From contig NW_026515670.1 of assembly GCF_025526975.1 (NCBI RefSeq), positions 1,736,001-1,794,109 on the forward strand: DNA of 58,109 bases, written 5' to 3'. Positions 10,276 through 21,677 of the stretch are shown one piece after another; position 1 is the first letter of the stretch; each line of letters starts with the position of its first letter. The translations under genes were made by a program, and so were the position numbers. The DNA comes from Fimicolochytrium jonesii (Eukaryota). The notes beneath the pieces are model-generated. The model searched no databases. It was not told where the DNA came from and saw nothing but the letters and a program-made list of their open reading frames with translations.

Positions 10276-13200
10276 ATCAATCTTGCAAGTGATGTCAGCG
10301 GGGTCCTTCCCGTTGCCAGTATCGATCCTAACATTGTGCTTGCAGGAACGGGTTTAACTAAAACTGCTCAGACTTTAAGTGTCAATCCTGTACAAACACA
10401 AATTACAAGTATCGGTACTTTAACAGGTCTTTCCGTTTCTGGTTCTAGCACATTTACAGGGTCAATAACCGTACCTACTCCAACCACGGCTTCGCATGCT
10501 GTGACAAAATCATATGTGGATGGATTGATTTCTACAACGCAAACGGGAGCGCAACCGCTAAATGGAAAATTGACTGCTATTTCTTCGAGCACCGCCACTC
10601 TCAACAATTTCCTTGTAGGAGATGGAACGAATTATATCAGTACGACTCCATCAGCATCTAGGACGGCTTTGGGTTTAGGCTCGATTGCATTGAAGAATTC
10701 TATAGATTTAGCAAACGATGTTGGAACAACTGTCCTTCCATATGCCAACATTGACGGAACCGTCGCCTTGAAATCCTATGTAGATGGTTTAGTCCCAACT
10801 GCAGGAACGGGATTGACAAAAACAGGAAACGTTTTCAGCGTTAATGCTAGTCAAACAGGTATAACATCTCTTGGGACCCTATCATCATTGAACGTTAATG
10901 GAAATGCGAACTTTGCTGGAGATGTCACGGTGTCAGGAAATGTAGTTGTATCAACTGTCCCGACATTGGGGACACATCTTACAAATAAGACATATGTTGA
11001 TACGCTTCTTAGTGCTGGAACAGGATTGACACGTAGTGGAAACATTTTCAGCGTAAATGTGGCTCAGCCTCAGATAACATCTGTTGGAACGCTGTCATCT
11101 TTGAATGTTGGTGGAAATGCGAACTTATCCAATGGTCAAATTGCCGGAACGACTGATTCTACGTCGACAAATTCAGGTTCGCTCCAAGTTGTTGGCGGAG
11201 TTGGTATTGGGAAAAGTGTGGTGGTTGGCGGCACCGTGTTCCTAGGAGGAACAACGGCGAACCTGAATACCACAACAGGACAGACTTTGAATATAAATAA
11301 CGCTGCATCGACTGTAGTTGCTTCTACTCTTGACTCCAACGCTATAAATGCTGGTTCTCTCCAAGTTGCAGGCGGGGTTGGAATTGCTAAATCATTATAC
11401 GTCGGTGGATATGGAATCATAAAGGAATCTACAGCCGGAAATGGACTTTCTGTAGGTCTTATAAACTCCAACGGTGGAGGTTGGACTTTGTGGCATATAG
11501 GTCAAACTAGTGGCCGTGGAACTAATAATTTCGGTTTGTACAATAATATTGCCGCAAATCTTGCGTTATCGGTGAATGTGGCAACAAATGCATTAACTAT
11601 CAATTCGGTATCGGACTCAAATGCTACAAATGCTGGCGCTTTACAAGTCGCCGGAGGAGTTGGTATCGCCAAGAAATTGACCGTAGGGAGTGATGCGAGT
11701 TTTGTCGGGTCAAATCAAAGTATCTTTTGGTACAACGGTTCGGTATCAATACCCACATTCGGAAGCAGCATAACGGGCAACGTTTCAGCAGCAGGGTACT
11801 TTTCCTCAAATTCGGCTATTGGCGATATGGTAATTCGGGCACAGTACAATAATGCACCAACGAACTTACGATTCGCTAACGGACCCGGCGTATCAAACCT
11901 TGATATATTGACAAATGGAAATGTTCTAATCAATACAACAACCGACTCCTCTTCTACAACAACTGGCGCTCTAACAGTTGCTGGAGGTCTAGGTGTGGGA
12001 AAATCTCTATTTGCTGGTTCAGCCGCCACGGGAAGTCATACAATGCAAGTAAACTCGACATCTGTCGATGTTTTGAAACTTCAGAGTCTTTCGGCATCTG
12101 GGTTTTCTACTATCGGTTTCCTTAACAACACAGGAACGGTAGTGGGGGCTTTTGGTTACGCAGGAGTCAATATGACCGCTCCAAATGCTGGGAACTTTTT
12201 TCTCTATTCCGGTTCGAATGCCAATTTCATAATCAACTCTAATCTGCCATCTGTACAGATTCTTTCCACTATAGATTCTACTACGACAACATCAGGTTCC
12301 CTTCAGGTGAGAGGTGGAGCGGGTATTGCAGGGAATGTCAATTTTGGTAAAGACTTGACTGTTAACGGCACAATCTACTCCAATATCTCCTCCACCGGAC
12401 CTATTGTTAGCAGCCATCTTGGGACACCGAACTTGGCAGCGGGGAGTTTCACGACTTTACAGATTGGAGTAGGAGCGGCTACAAATAGCATGGCCAGGGT
12501 ATATTTCAACTATGTTGGAGCGGGTCTTGCAACCAATACGTTGGGTTTGGGATTATGGAATGCACCACAAGGTCTTACAGTGGACGGAACAGGTAAAGTT
12601 TCTATTCCTACCGGTTCTATCGGCAATTTGACAGTTTCAGGAAACATGAATTTCACCGGGAGTTTAGCAACAATTTCTGCTACAGGTTCACAAGGTCCTC
12701 TCTCCATAGACCCAAATCAGTCTTCCAATCCTTATGTGAGAGTATGGGACGACTTGAGAACTGTAGGAGATTTTTCCGTGTGGAATTCGGCCGAAAATAC
12801 CACTTGGTTTAAAGTCTCCACCAGCAGTGGTAACGTCGCGCTTACCACAACCGATTCCACAGGAGTTGGATCAGGCGCTCTTCAAGTGAATGGAGGCACT
12901 TCTGTTGCGAAAAATGTATATGTTGGAGGTACTGTATCGGTCTTGAACACTTCTGATGCAACTTCTAACGCATCGGGCGCTCTTCAAGTGAATGGAGGCG
13001 CATCTGTAGCAAAATCTCTATATGTGGGTTCGAATCTTAATGTGACCGGTGATTTGAACAGTCCTGCCTTAACATCGAAAACTACTATCATTCCATATCC
13101 ACAGATGCCAGCAACAGGTTCTTCATGGAACGGGTATACAGTCACCGCGTCATCTGAGTATACATACCCAAATTCGAACGGAGTTGATTCGTATACAGGT

Positions 13201-13415
13201 CATCCATTCGACGCTTACATGAACGCCTCCGTTGCATCCAGACTGCGGTGGGCAACCGCGAGCACTTCGACAGCAAACCTAGGACTCGATGGAACAACAC
13301 AAAGTCTTCATTACTCATTATTGAGACTCCCTTCAGCCGTCGCTATGAGTTCAGTCAAAATGACAGCATATTTGATGGACGCTGTTTCGATGCCAACAAC
13401 ATTTGCTGTAGTTGG

Positions 13416-13891
13416 TGTTATGGACGACGCGTCCATACCATGCGCTTACCTCATGACAGCATCCCAACAGTCAGTCAATGTCAATTCCCTGTCAAAACCT
13501 GACATCTGCCAAACCACGCAGCCGCACGTAGCCACACCTCCCAACACTCGGCGCTTACAAACCCTTCTCCATACTTCCCCACGTACCCGCCCACAGCCTC
13601 AGCGTAGCCACCCCATCCCCAGTCTTCTGTTTCTATGCTTTCCCACCCTTGGCGCTTCTCTTGGCTTCCCTCTCATTCCGTACCCTTCTGCTTCCCCACG
13701 CTTCCCCAGCCTTCCCAGAAAAACATAAATAGCCGCCTCCCCTGAGCTCCCCACTTCCTGATCCCCCAGCAGATCAACACCAGTTCTTCCTAGTCTTGTT
13801 CTAGTTCTTGTTTCGGTCTGAATACCATTACCTGTCAACAACCTGCACCAGAAGTCGCCTCTATTTCCATCGGCTCCGCCCATTCATAACA
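13416..13891 (+). repeat. 5' LTR of G1
   Basis: Direct repeat of 18710-19185 with about 4 mismatches counted by eye. TATA-like CATAAATA near 13724. Confidence 0.97.
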
Positions 13892-13893
13892 GT

Positions 13894-13903
13894 TTGATCT
13901 GCT
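13894..13903 (+). promoter_or_regulatory. Self-priming primer-binding site of G1
   Basis: TTGATCTGCT is the reverse complement of AGCAGATCAA at 13768-13777 inside the LTR. No TGG-type tRNA PBS is present. Confidence 0.75.
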
Positions 13904-13942
13904 CAACAACCCCCAGCCGCTGTACCTCCACGCCAAATCACC

Positions 13943-14869
13943 ATGTCCGACGCCCTTCCCCTCACGGCCGAAGCCTGGCAAGCCATGTGCAATGCGATTG
14001 ACGAACTTCGAGCGCAGAATACCACCCTACAAGCCGAACTAGCGCAAACCCAGACCACTGCCCCTGCCACCCACGCCCCCGAACCCAAAATCAGTCTCCC
14101 AGACAAATTTGATGGCACCCGAAGCAAGTTCCGTGGGTTCCTCAACCAGATCCGGCTCATGTTCGCCCTCCAACCCAGGCGCTACCCCAACGATCAGACC
14201 AAGATACGAACTATTGGCACCTACCTCACTGGCACCGCCCAGGCCTGGCTGGCGCCCCTTGTCGAACAAGATCATCATTCCCTTACGAACCTGGATGATT
14301 TCATCCAGCAAATGCAAGCAGTCTTTGGAGACAGCGACAGGATCCGCACGTCCGAAAACAAGCTCCAGAACCTTCGACAAACCCGTGCAGCAACAGAGTA
14401 TGTAGCTGAATTCCGACATCTGCAATGCGATGTGTTGTGGAATGACCAGGCATTGATTGCCACCTTCCATCGCGGCCTCAAAGAAGACGTCAAGGACTTA
14501 ATGCTCACGATGCCCCCTACCGCCTGAATCGACACCGTGATGGAACAGGCCATCCAATGTGACAACCGATTGTTTGAGCGCCGTCTAGAGCGAAGCAGGA
14601 ACCGACAGCCATATGTGCCAGTTACCACTAGCCCCACCCTCATGAGCCCCGACAACCGCCCAGACGACCCTATGATCATTGACGCTGCTCGTCCGCGAGG
14701 ACCCCTCACACCGCTAGAGCGCCAACACCGCATCACAAACAAACTTTGCCTCTACTGTGGTAAACCCGGCCACATAGCCAAACTCTGCCCGAACAAGATA
14801 CGCACGGCGAATGTCGCGGTTAAGGAACCTGCACCCATCCAGGATTTTGCCCAAGTCCAGCTGCAGTAA
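13943..14869 (+). pseudogene. gag: G1 gag with CCHC zinc knuckle; in-frame TGA at 14525-14527
   Basis: PDKFDGTRSKFRGFL, LTGTAQAW and CLYCGKPGHIAKLC motifs. The two ORF pieces share a frame. Confidence 0.93.
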
Positions 14870-17800
14870 AGGCCGAGCAGCTGGGCAACACCTGTCCTGG
14901 GGCCTTCTCACCACGCAAGTACTGCCAAGGGAGAAGCCACAAAACCTTGCTCCGATCCTGGCATCTCCAGCAACACCCTTCTCCTGACCACCAACAATGT
15001 CAATCTCCTATCTGAGATACCCTCACCCATGCGGACTTTGGGCCCATCCTCACCATTCGAGTACCCTGTTACCCTGCAGATATCGGCCCAGCGAGCTCCA
15101 GTTCAGCTTTCAGCACTACTCGACACCTGTGCGATGTCGTGGTTCATCGACGAAAGTTATGCCCGCAAGCACCGCATCCCACTTGTCAAGAAGGAGGACC
15201 CCATTGCGCTTGAACTGGTTGACGGACGTCCCAGCCATGCGGGCTCCATTACCCATCACACCCAACCTTTGGGCATGTGGGTCAACGACCATTTTGAGGA
15301 GGTGGTATTCCATGTGACATGTTCCCCGCATGCGCCAATCATCCTGGGGCTTCCCTGGTTTGAGCTCCATGATGTGGAGCTACATTGGAAGACTCGCACT
15401 CTTTGCGTCCGCTGCCATTGCGGTTTTGGACAATACGCCTCCTGGGATGCCTTGCCAACAGAACCTAGCCCGAAGCCCTCAAGAACCCCTGAACCTCTGA
15501 TCCGTATCCATCAAGACGAGATTTCAGTCTCCCTAGCCCAGACACCCAACACACTGGACCCAGCACCCACACCGATCCACGTATCGTTTATCAGCGCCCC
15601 AGCTTTCCGTGTGGCGGCAAGGCATGACCAGGCATTCATTGCCTACGCCAATCCGACCAAGTCAGATTCCCAAGCCCTGGCGACCACTCCTCCAAAAGAT
15701 CCAAAGGCCATCATTCCTGAAGAATACCAAGATTTTGCGGACGTCTTCGCCAAGAAGAACGCGGATACCCTCCCAGAGCACCGACCCTACGACTGTCCCA
15801 TCGACTTAGAAGAGGGCAAACAGCCACCGTTCGGCCCGATCTATAGTCTCAGCGAGCCTGAAATGCAGGCACTCTGTGACTACCTTGAAGAGAACCTAGC
15901 TAAGGGGTTCATCAAGCACTCCAAGTCTCCCGCCGGTGCCCCAGTCCTCTTTGTCAAGAAAAAGGACGGTTCCCTCCGTCTGTGCGTCGACTATCGTGGA
16001 CTCAACAATATCACCATCAAGAATCGCTATCCCTTGCCCTTGATTAACAGCATCATGGATCGTCTTCGAGGGGCACGCCGGCTCACCAAGATTGACCTCC
16101 GGGGAGCCTACAACCTTCTTCGGATCCGGCCAGGGGATGAATGGAAGACAGCGTTCCGATGTCGCTACGGCCTATTCGAGTATAATGTCATGCCGTTTGG
16201 GCTCACCAATGCCCCTGGAGTATTCCAACACCTCATGAACAACATATTCCGTGACATTCTCGACGTTTTTGTTGTGGTCTACCTTGACGGCATTCTGATC
16301 TTCTCAAAAAACCCAGAAGACCACCCCAACCACGTCCGAGAGGTGCTCTCACGACTCCGCCAGCACGGGCTGTATGCGAAACCGGAAAAATGCGAATTCA
16401 ACCGTGACTCTGTTGAGTTCCTGGGGTTTATCATCTCCCAGCAAGGCATTTCCATGGACCCAAAGAAGACGGCTGCCATTACCGAATGGGAACCCCCGAC
16501 GAATGTCAAAGGCATCCAGCGCTTCCTTGGTTTTGCCAACTTCTACCGGCGATTCATCAAAGGGTACTCTGCGATCGTTGCACCCCTCACCACGCTCACT
16601 CGCAAAGACTTGCCATTCAAATGGACCCACGCTGCACACCTAGCTTTTGAAACCCTCAAGAAAGCCTTCACCTCCGCACCTATCCTGACTCACCCCGACC
16701 CTGACAAGCCCTTCATTGTCGAATCCGATGCCTCCGACTTTGCCCTTGGCGCCGTCCTCCTTCAACCCGATGACACAGATCAACTCCACCCCGTGGCCTT
16801 TCACTCCCGCAAATTTACTCCTGAGGAAATCAACTATGAGATCTACGACAAGGAACTCCTGGCTATCCAAGACTCATTTGCTCAATGGCGACACCACCTC
16901 ATTGGTGCCCGCCACAAGGTCATCGTTTACTGTGACCACAAGAACCTCCAGTACTTCATGACTACCCGTACCCTCAACCGCCGCCAATCCCGCTGGTCAA
17001 TCTTCTTTGCTGATTTCGACTTTGTCATCACATACCGCCCTGGTACCCAGCAACACCAAGCTGACGCCCTCTCTCGTCGCTCTGAATACGAGCTAAGGGA
17101 GGGGGAAGAAGCATTCCGCTCCCAGGAAATCACGATCCTCACCCCTGACCATCTCCGCCTGGCCGCCACTTATCTGACCCCACTGGACTCCTCGCTCCTT
17201 GACCAAATCAAAGCTGCCCTGGCATCCGATGTGTTTGCGCAAACCATCCGGCGACAGCTTAGGGCCCCCATTGCCCAGCAATCTCAAGAAGACCAAGAAC
17301 GGATAAAGCGATTCTCCGAGGAAAATGGGGTTCTGCTGTACGACAACCTTGTCTACGTCCCCACCAACAAGCTCCGTGCTGAGATCTGCCGGGACATGCA
17401 TGACACGCGTTTGGCAGGACACTACGGCATGTCAAAGACCCTGGAGCTCATCTCACGCAACTACTGGTGGCCTAGCCAATGGCGTTTTGTCAAGTCCTAC
17501 ATCAGGTCCTGCGACGTATGTGCTCAAGCCAAGACCAGCAGACACAAGCCCTACGGTCTCCTCCAACCCCTGCAGGTCCCTGACCGCCCCTGGGGGTCAA
17601 TTTCCATGGACTTCATCACGGATCTACCCGCCAGTGATGGGGTTGATTCTGTGCTCGTTGTCATCTGCCGGTTCACCAAGATGGCGCACTTTGTACCGTG
17701 CAGGAAAACTGCCACCGCTGAGTCAACTGCAGATCTGATCTGGCACCATGTCATCCGGCTCCATAGACTCCCCGACAATATTGTATCTGACCGTGGCCCA

Positions 17801-18652
17801 CAGTTCAACTCCCACTTCTGGAAACGTCTCTTCGCTCTCCTGGGAACCAAGGTCAACCTCTCATCGGCGTTCCATCCCCAGAGCGATGGACAAACCGAGC
17901 GGACCAATCAGATTCTTGAGCAATACCTTCGCTGCTTTTGCAACTATCAACAAGATAACTGGAAGGAACTCTTGTCTTCTGCTGAGTTCTCTTACAATAA
18001 CACCATCCACTCCGCCACCCAGAAAACCCCCTTCTACGCCAACTATGGGTTCCATCCTCGATTCAGTCTGGCTTCCGCCACCACAACCGAATCCCTTAAT
18101 CCTGCAGCCGAAGCTCGTGCCAACCATCTCAAGGAAATCCATGAACAGCTTGCCACTGAGCTCAAGGAGGCCCAAGGACGCATGAAGCGCTTTGCCGATG
18201 CTAAGAGGGCACCTGGCCCAGACATGAAACCCGGGGACAGTGTCTGGCTCTTACAGCGGAATCTCAAGACTCTCCGACCTTCCCAGAAACTTGATCACCG
18301 TAAGATTGGCCCCTTCACAATCACGGAGAAGATCAACTCGGTCACATATCGCCTCAAGCTTCCCCCATCCTACAAAATTCACAACGTCTTCCATGTCTCC
18401 CTTCTTGAACCACGTTTCACCATTCTGGAGCGAACTGAGCCAGAACCCACCCCACCAGAAGAAGTCGAAGGACAGGAGGAATGGATTGTGGAAGACATTC
18501 TTGACTCCCGTATTCGACGCACGCACCTTCAGTACCTCATCAAGTGGCAGGGTTGGCCAAGCTCGGAGAACACATGGGAGCCAGTGGAACACCTTGCCCG
18601 ATGTCAAGAGCTTGTTGCCCAGTTCCACCAAAAGTACCCCGACAAACCCTGA
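14842..18652 (+). CDS. pol: G1 pol (protease-RT-RNase H-integrase-chromodomain), probably inactive
   Basis: LLDTCA protease motif, LCVDYRGLN, YLDG in place of YLDD, SDASD, ISMDF/SDRGPQF/QTERTN integrase motifs, chromodomain EWIVEDILDSR...YLIKWQGW. Candidate slippery site G GAT TTT at 14842-14848 and an apparent indel near 14900. Confidence 0.95.
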
Positions 18653-18709
18653 CCAAAGCCTGCCAACACCAAAACAACATCCGGACGCCGTGGCTAAAGG
18701 AGGGGGTGA

Positions 18710-19185
18710 TGTTATGGACGACGCGTCCATACCATGCGCTTACCTCATGACAGCATCCCAACAGTCAGTCAATGTCAATTCCCTGTCAAAACCTGACATC
18801 TGCCAAACCACGCAGCCGCACGTAGCCACACCTCCCAACACTCGGCGCTTACAAACCCTTCTCCATACTTCCCCACGTACCTGCCCACAGCCTCAGCGTA
18901 GCCACCCCATCCCCAGTCTTCTGTTTCTATGCTTCCCCACCCTTGGCGCTTCTCTTGGCTTCCCTCTCATTCCGTACCCTTCTGCTTCCCCACGCTTCCC
19001 CAGCCTTCCCAGAAAAACATAAATAGCTGCCTCCCCTGAGCTCCCCACTTCCTGATCCCCCAGCAGATCAACACCAGTTCTTCCTAGTCTTGTTCTAGTT
19101 CTTGTTTCGGTCTGAATACCATTACCTGTCAACAACCTGCACCACAAGTCGCCTCTATTTCCATCGGCTCCGCCCATTCATAACA
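18710..19185 (+). repeat. 3' LTR of G1
   Basis: Follows the polypurine tract and is followed by the GTTGG duplication. Confidence 0.97.
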
Positions 19186-19910
19186 GTTGGAGGAACAACC
19201 GAGTCTGCCATGGTAGAAATCGCAACGTTTTCGAATATACCTGGTTCGAGTTGGACCACAGATGGGAATTCATTTAGTTTTGCAAATACCACGCCTTATG
19301 TAGTATGGGGTATCGCATGGGCATACGCAAATCAAACCACAACCAGAGGCTGTGCAATAAGAGCGATTCAGTTCAATCAGGCTGTTCCTAAAGCGACCCT
19401 TGTTAGCGCTGCTGCAAATTCTCTAGATGTTTCCGGTGTATTAACTACAAACACGGTTACGTGCAATGCAACTGCACTAGTGAAGAGCGACTTGACATGT
19501 AGTACCAACGTATTTGCTTCACAAATCATTCAATTTGCAGTTTGCATAAAGGACGGTGTTGTAGATACGTTGTTGACCAATGGAAATGGCTACACGGGGG
19601 GTTTCGGACCCATTGGATGGAAACCTGGTATGTCCGGGGTCGTTTGTCATGTAAGTTTTATGGGGTATATGAATTCGAACAACAGTCGAGTCACGATCAC
19701 TGTTCAAATATTGGATCAATCCTCTACCGTAGTCGCCTCTAGAGCAGTCTCGTACTACTGTGATATAAACAATTATCAGACTCGCTACCCATTCAGTTTT
19801 CAAGTGCCGTTGCTGTTTTCTTTGACGAATACGCAGTTAAGCGCAAGGATTGTCATACCAACATCTATAACATTATCTAATTCATATCTCAACTTTTGGA
19901 CGCAATGCTA

Positions 19911-20260
19911 CTAAGTATCAATATCAAGAACGCACGCTCGATGGTCTTTGTCTGTTCCACATAGCATTCTCAGTTGTCCCTTATCGTCTGTGATCCCTAG
20001 ATACCCGCTCTGAAAAATGAAACCTTTACGGAGACGATTATTCTTCTTGTTAAAAATCGTATAAATCTGTTTAAAAATTCCCCGATTCTCGTCATTTACT
20101 TTTATATATGCCATGTAACCGGGTTTGTTTAACATAGACCAACATATTTGTTCCAGACTATCGAGGTCTGCTACGAAAAAACGAATAACAAAAACTCCCT
20201 TGATAAACTTGATATGCGAGTTTATTTGATATGCGAGTTTATTTCAAAAACGTTTGGCAT
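19911..20260 (-). pseudogene. Small viral gene (110 aa restored) frameshifted by a 17-bp tandem duplication
   Basis: TTGATATGCGAGTTTAT occurs at 20209-20225 and 20226-20242. Removing one copy gives MPNVFEINSHIKFIKGVFVIRFF...WSMLNKPG in one frame. Confidence 0.65.
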
Positions 20261-20337
20261 TGGTTTGACTCTACTTAAGAAATTGACTTTGGCTGTTCGA
20301 GAAAATGCGTCCACGGTATTTCGGGATGAATGGTGAC

Positions 20338-20542
20338 AAAATCGCCCCCACCACTGTTGAACCGGTCTCAACAAAATCACCCCCACAAATTTGAACTACG
20401 TCTCGAAATCGCCCACTCCAAAATTATGCAAGGCGTCCGGAACAAAACACCCCCCCAGTGGGGGCGATTTTTACGAACCTCTTTACGTTGGGGGTGGGCG
20501 ATTTTACAAAACCCATCATACAAACGGCGTGGGTGATTTTTT
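20338..20542. repeat. Intergenic cluster of inverted AAAATC(G/A)CCCC / GGG(C/T)GATTTT motifs
   Basis: About three copies in one orientation (near 20338, 20373, 20405) face three in the opposite orientation (near 20460, 20495, 20531), between divergent genes. Confidence 0.7.
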
Positions 20543-20724
20543 CAAATACCTTGCAAGCATATATCGTATTACCTCACTACTTCGAATATTATGCAAGTTC
20601 AGATTCTTATTTAAAGAGCCACAAAATGATCACAATACAAGTTCCACGGCTCGCATTTTGAACCATGCCATTTCTAACCAAACCCCTTGTGAAACGAATC
20701 TTAAGAATGCCACAGAACGTGAAA

Positions 20725-21054
20725 ATGTCTGATGAGGACTACAAACTTCGCCGATACTTTATCACTGGAACTATTCTCGGATCTGGATATGAGTGTAAAG
20801 ATTGGTCAGACGTTTGGGAATTCAATCGCATCATGCAACCCGCCTGGCCCAAACTCTTTCAGTGATGGGTGGAGAAAGGTCAGGAGGAATGGGCCTGTTT
20901 CGACAAACCGGGAGTGTTCGAGTTTGTTTTGAGTGATACACAGGTTGTCACCTACAGTGCTCCAATCCCCAACGACTGGGCAAGCGGCACTGTCGAAATC
21001 GAAAAAAGTAGTTCAGAAACCACTACAGATGCTGTACATGATAAAGCCGACTAG
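20725..21054 (+). pseudogene. Small viral gene (about 109 aa) with in-frame TGA at 20863-20865
   Basis: MSDEDYKLRRYF...KLFQ*WVEKGQEEW...; both ORF pieces are in the same frame. Confidence 0.6.
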
Positions 21055-21141
21055 ACCTGAAGGAAAGTAATGATAGATTTGAATCTAATGTAATTTTGAA
21101 AAATGAAAGAATGTTCGTATTGGCGGATGTCACAGTAGAGT

Positions 21142-21354
21142 ATGAGTTTGTCATTTACTGTAACGGGGTCAATTAATAATCCAAAGCGCTCTCCTTCAGG
21201 CAAAATTAATTACCCGGAAGGAACTCGAAAATGCAAGACCGCTGAATGCCAATCAGAACCTATTCCCTACATCAAAAATCGGCCATACTGCTACGATTGT
21301 TGGGTCAAGTCAAAGGAACCTAAAGGTTTCAAGATAGAATTCGATTCGGATTGA
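21142..21354 (+). CDS. Small viral zinc-ribbon protein
   Basis: CKTAEC...CYDC four-cysteine pattern in 70 aa. Confidence 0.6.
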   Translation: MSLSFTVTGSINNPKRSPSGKINYPEGTRKCKTAECQSEPIPYIKNRPYCYDCWVKSKEPKGFKIEFDSD

Positions 21355-21572
21355 TCCCGATCATCTGATTTCGTACTCAAAGGCTCTTTCAGAGTCCTTT
21401 TGATGGTGATGTGTCTCCGCGTCCTGCATGATTCTACATTACCCAAAATTCGCGCAACAGTGGATGCGGCAATATCTAGTTTTCTAGCAAGATCACGGAC
21501 GCTCCGGCCTGTGACAGTCTTGATTTCTCCATCCTCAAAGAGTGATGCAATATAGTTGTAAGGAATGTACAT
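21291..21572 (-). CDS. Small helix-turn-helix DNA-binding protein
   Basis: SVRDLARKLDIAASTVARIL matches the HTH pattern; divergent from the primase-helicase. Confidence 0.65.
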   Translation of the reverse strand: MYIPYNYIASLFEDGEIKTVTGRSVRDLARKLDIAASTVARILGNVESCRTRRHITIKRTLKEPLSTKSDDRDQSESNSILKPLGSFDLTQQS

Positions 21573-21677
21573 CTTTGTAGCAATAACGATGCTTCTTTAT
21601 TGGTACATATATGTTTATTTTTGTTACTTGCGTTTAAATGCCATTTAAACTTCTAAGTGTATTCTTAGTAAAGCACC

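Larger units (their letters stand above)
13416..19185 (+). mobile_element. Full-length Ty3/gypsy chromovirus (Tf1/sushi-like), element G1
   Basis: Two 476-bp LTRs (TGTTAT...ATAACA), target-site duplication GTTGG at 13411-13415 and 19186-19190, polypurine tract AAAGGAGGGGG just before 18710, and gag plus pol. Confidence 0.98.
7304..19914 (+). pseudogene. Giant virion fibre/adhesin protein (about 2,280 aa when restored), with one frameshift near 10020 and an LTR retrotransposon inserted at 13416-19185
   Basis: N-terminal PL..D..GL.L..D..L.V.NG.L repeats resemble the adenovirus fibre shaft. Other repeats: AGTGLTK.G..SVN and DS....GALQV.GG.GI.K...VG. Removing the retrotransposon and one GTTGG restores the frame TFAVVG|GTTESAMVEI inside a discoidin/F5-8C-like domain (TASSEY...RWAT...PTTF). 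Confidence 0.85.

Noticed and set aside
13416..13728. C-terminal ~100 aa of the 1220-aa ORF (MDDASIPCAYL...)
   Set aside because: Read-through into the G1 LTR; the same peptide recurs at the 3' LTR. The real fibre continues at 19191.
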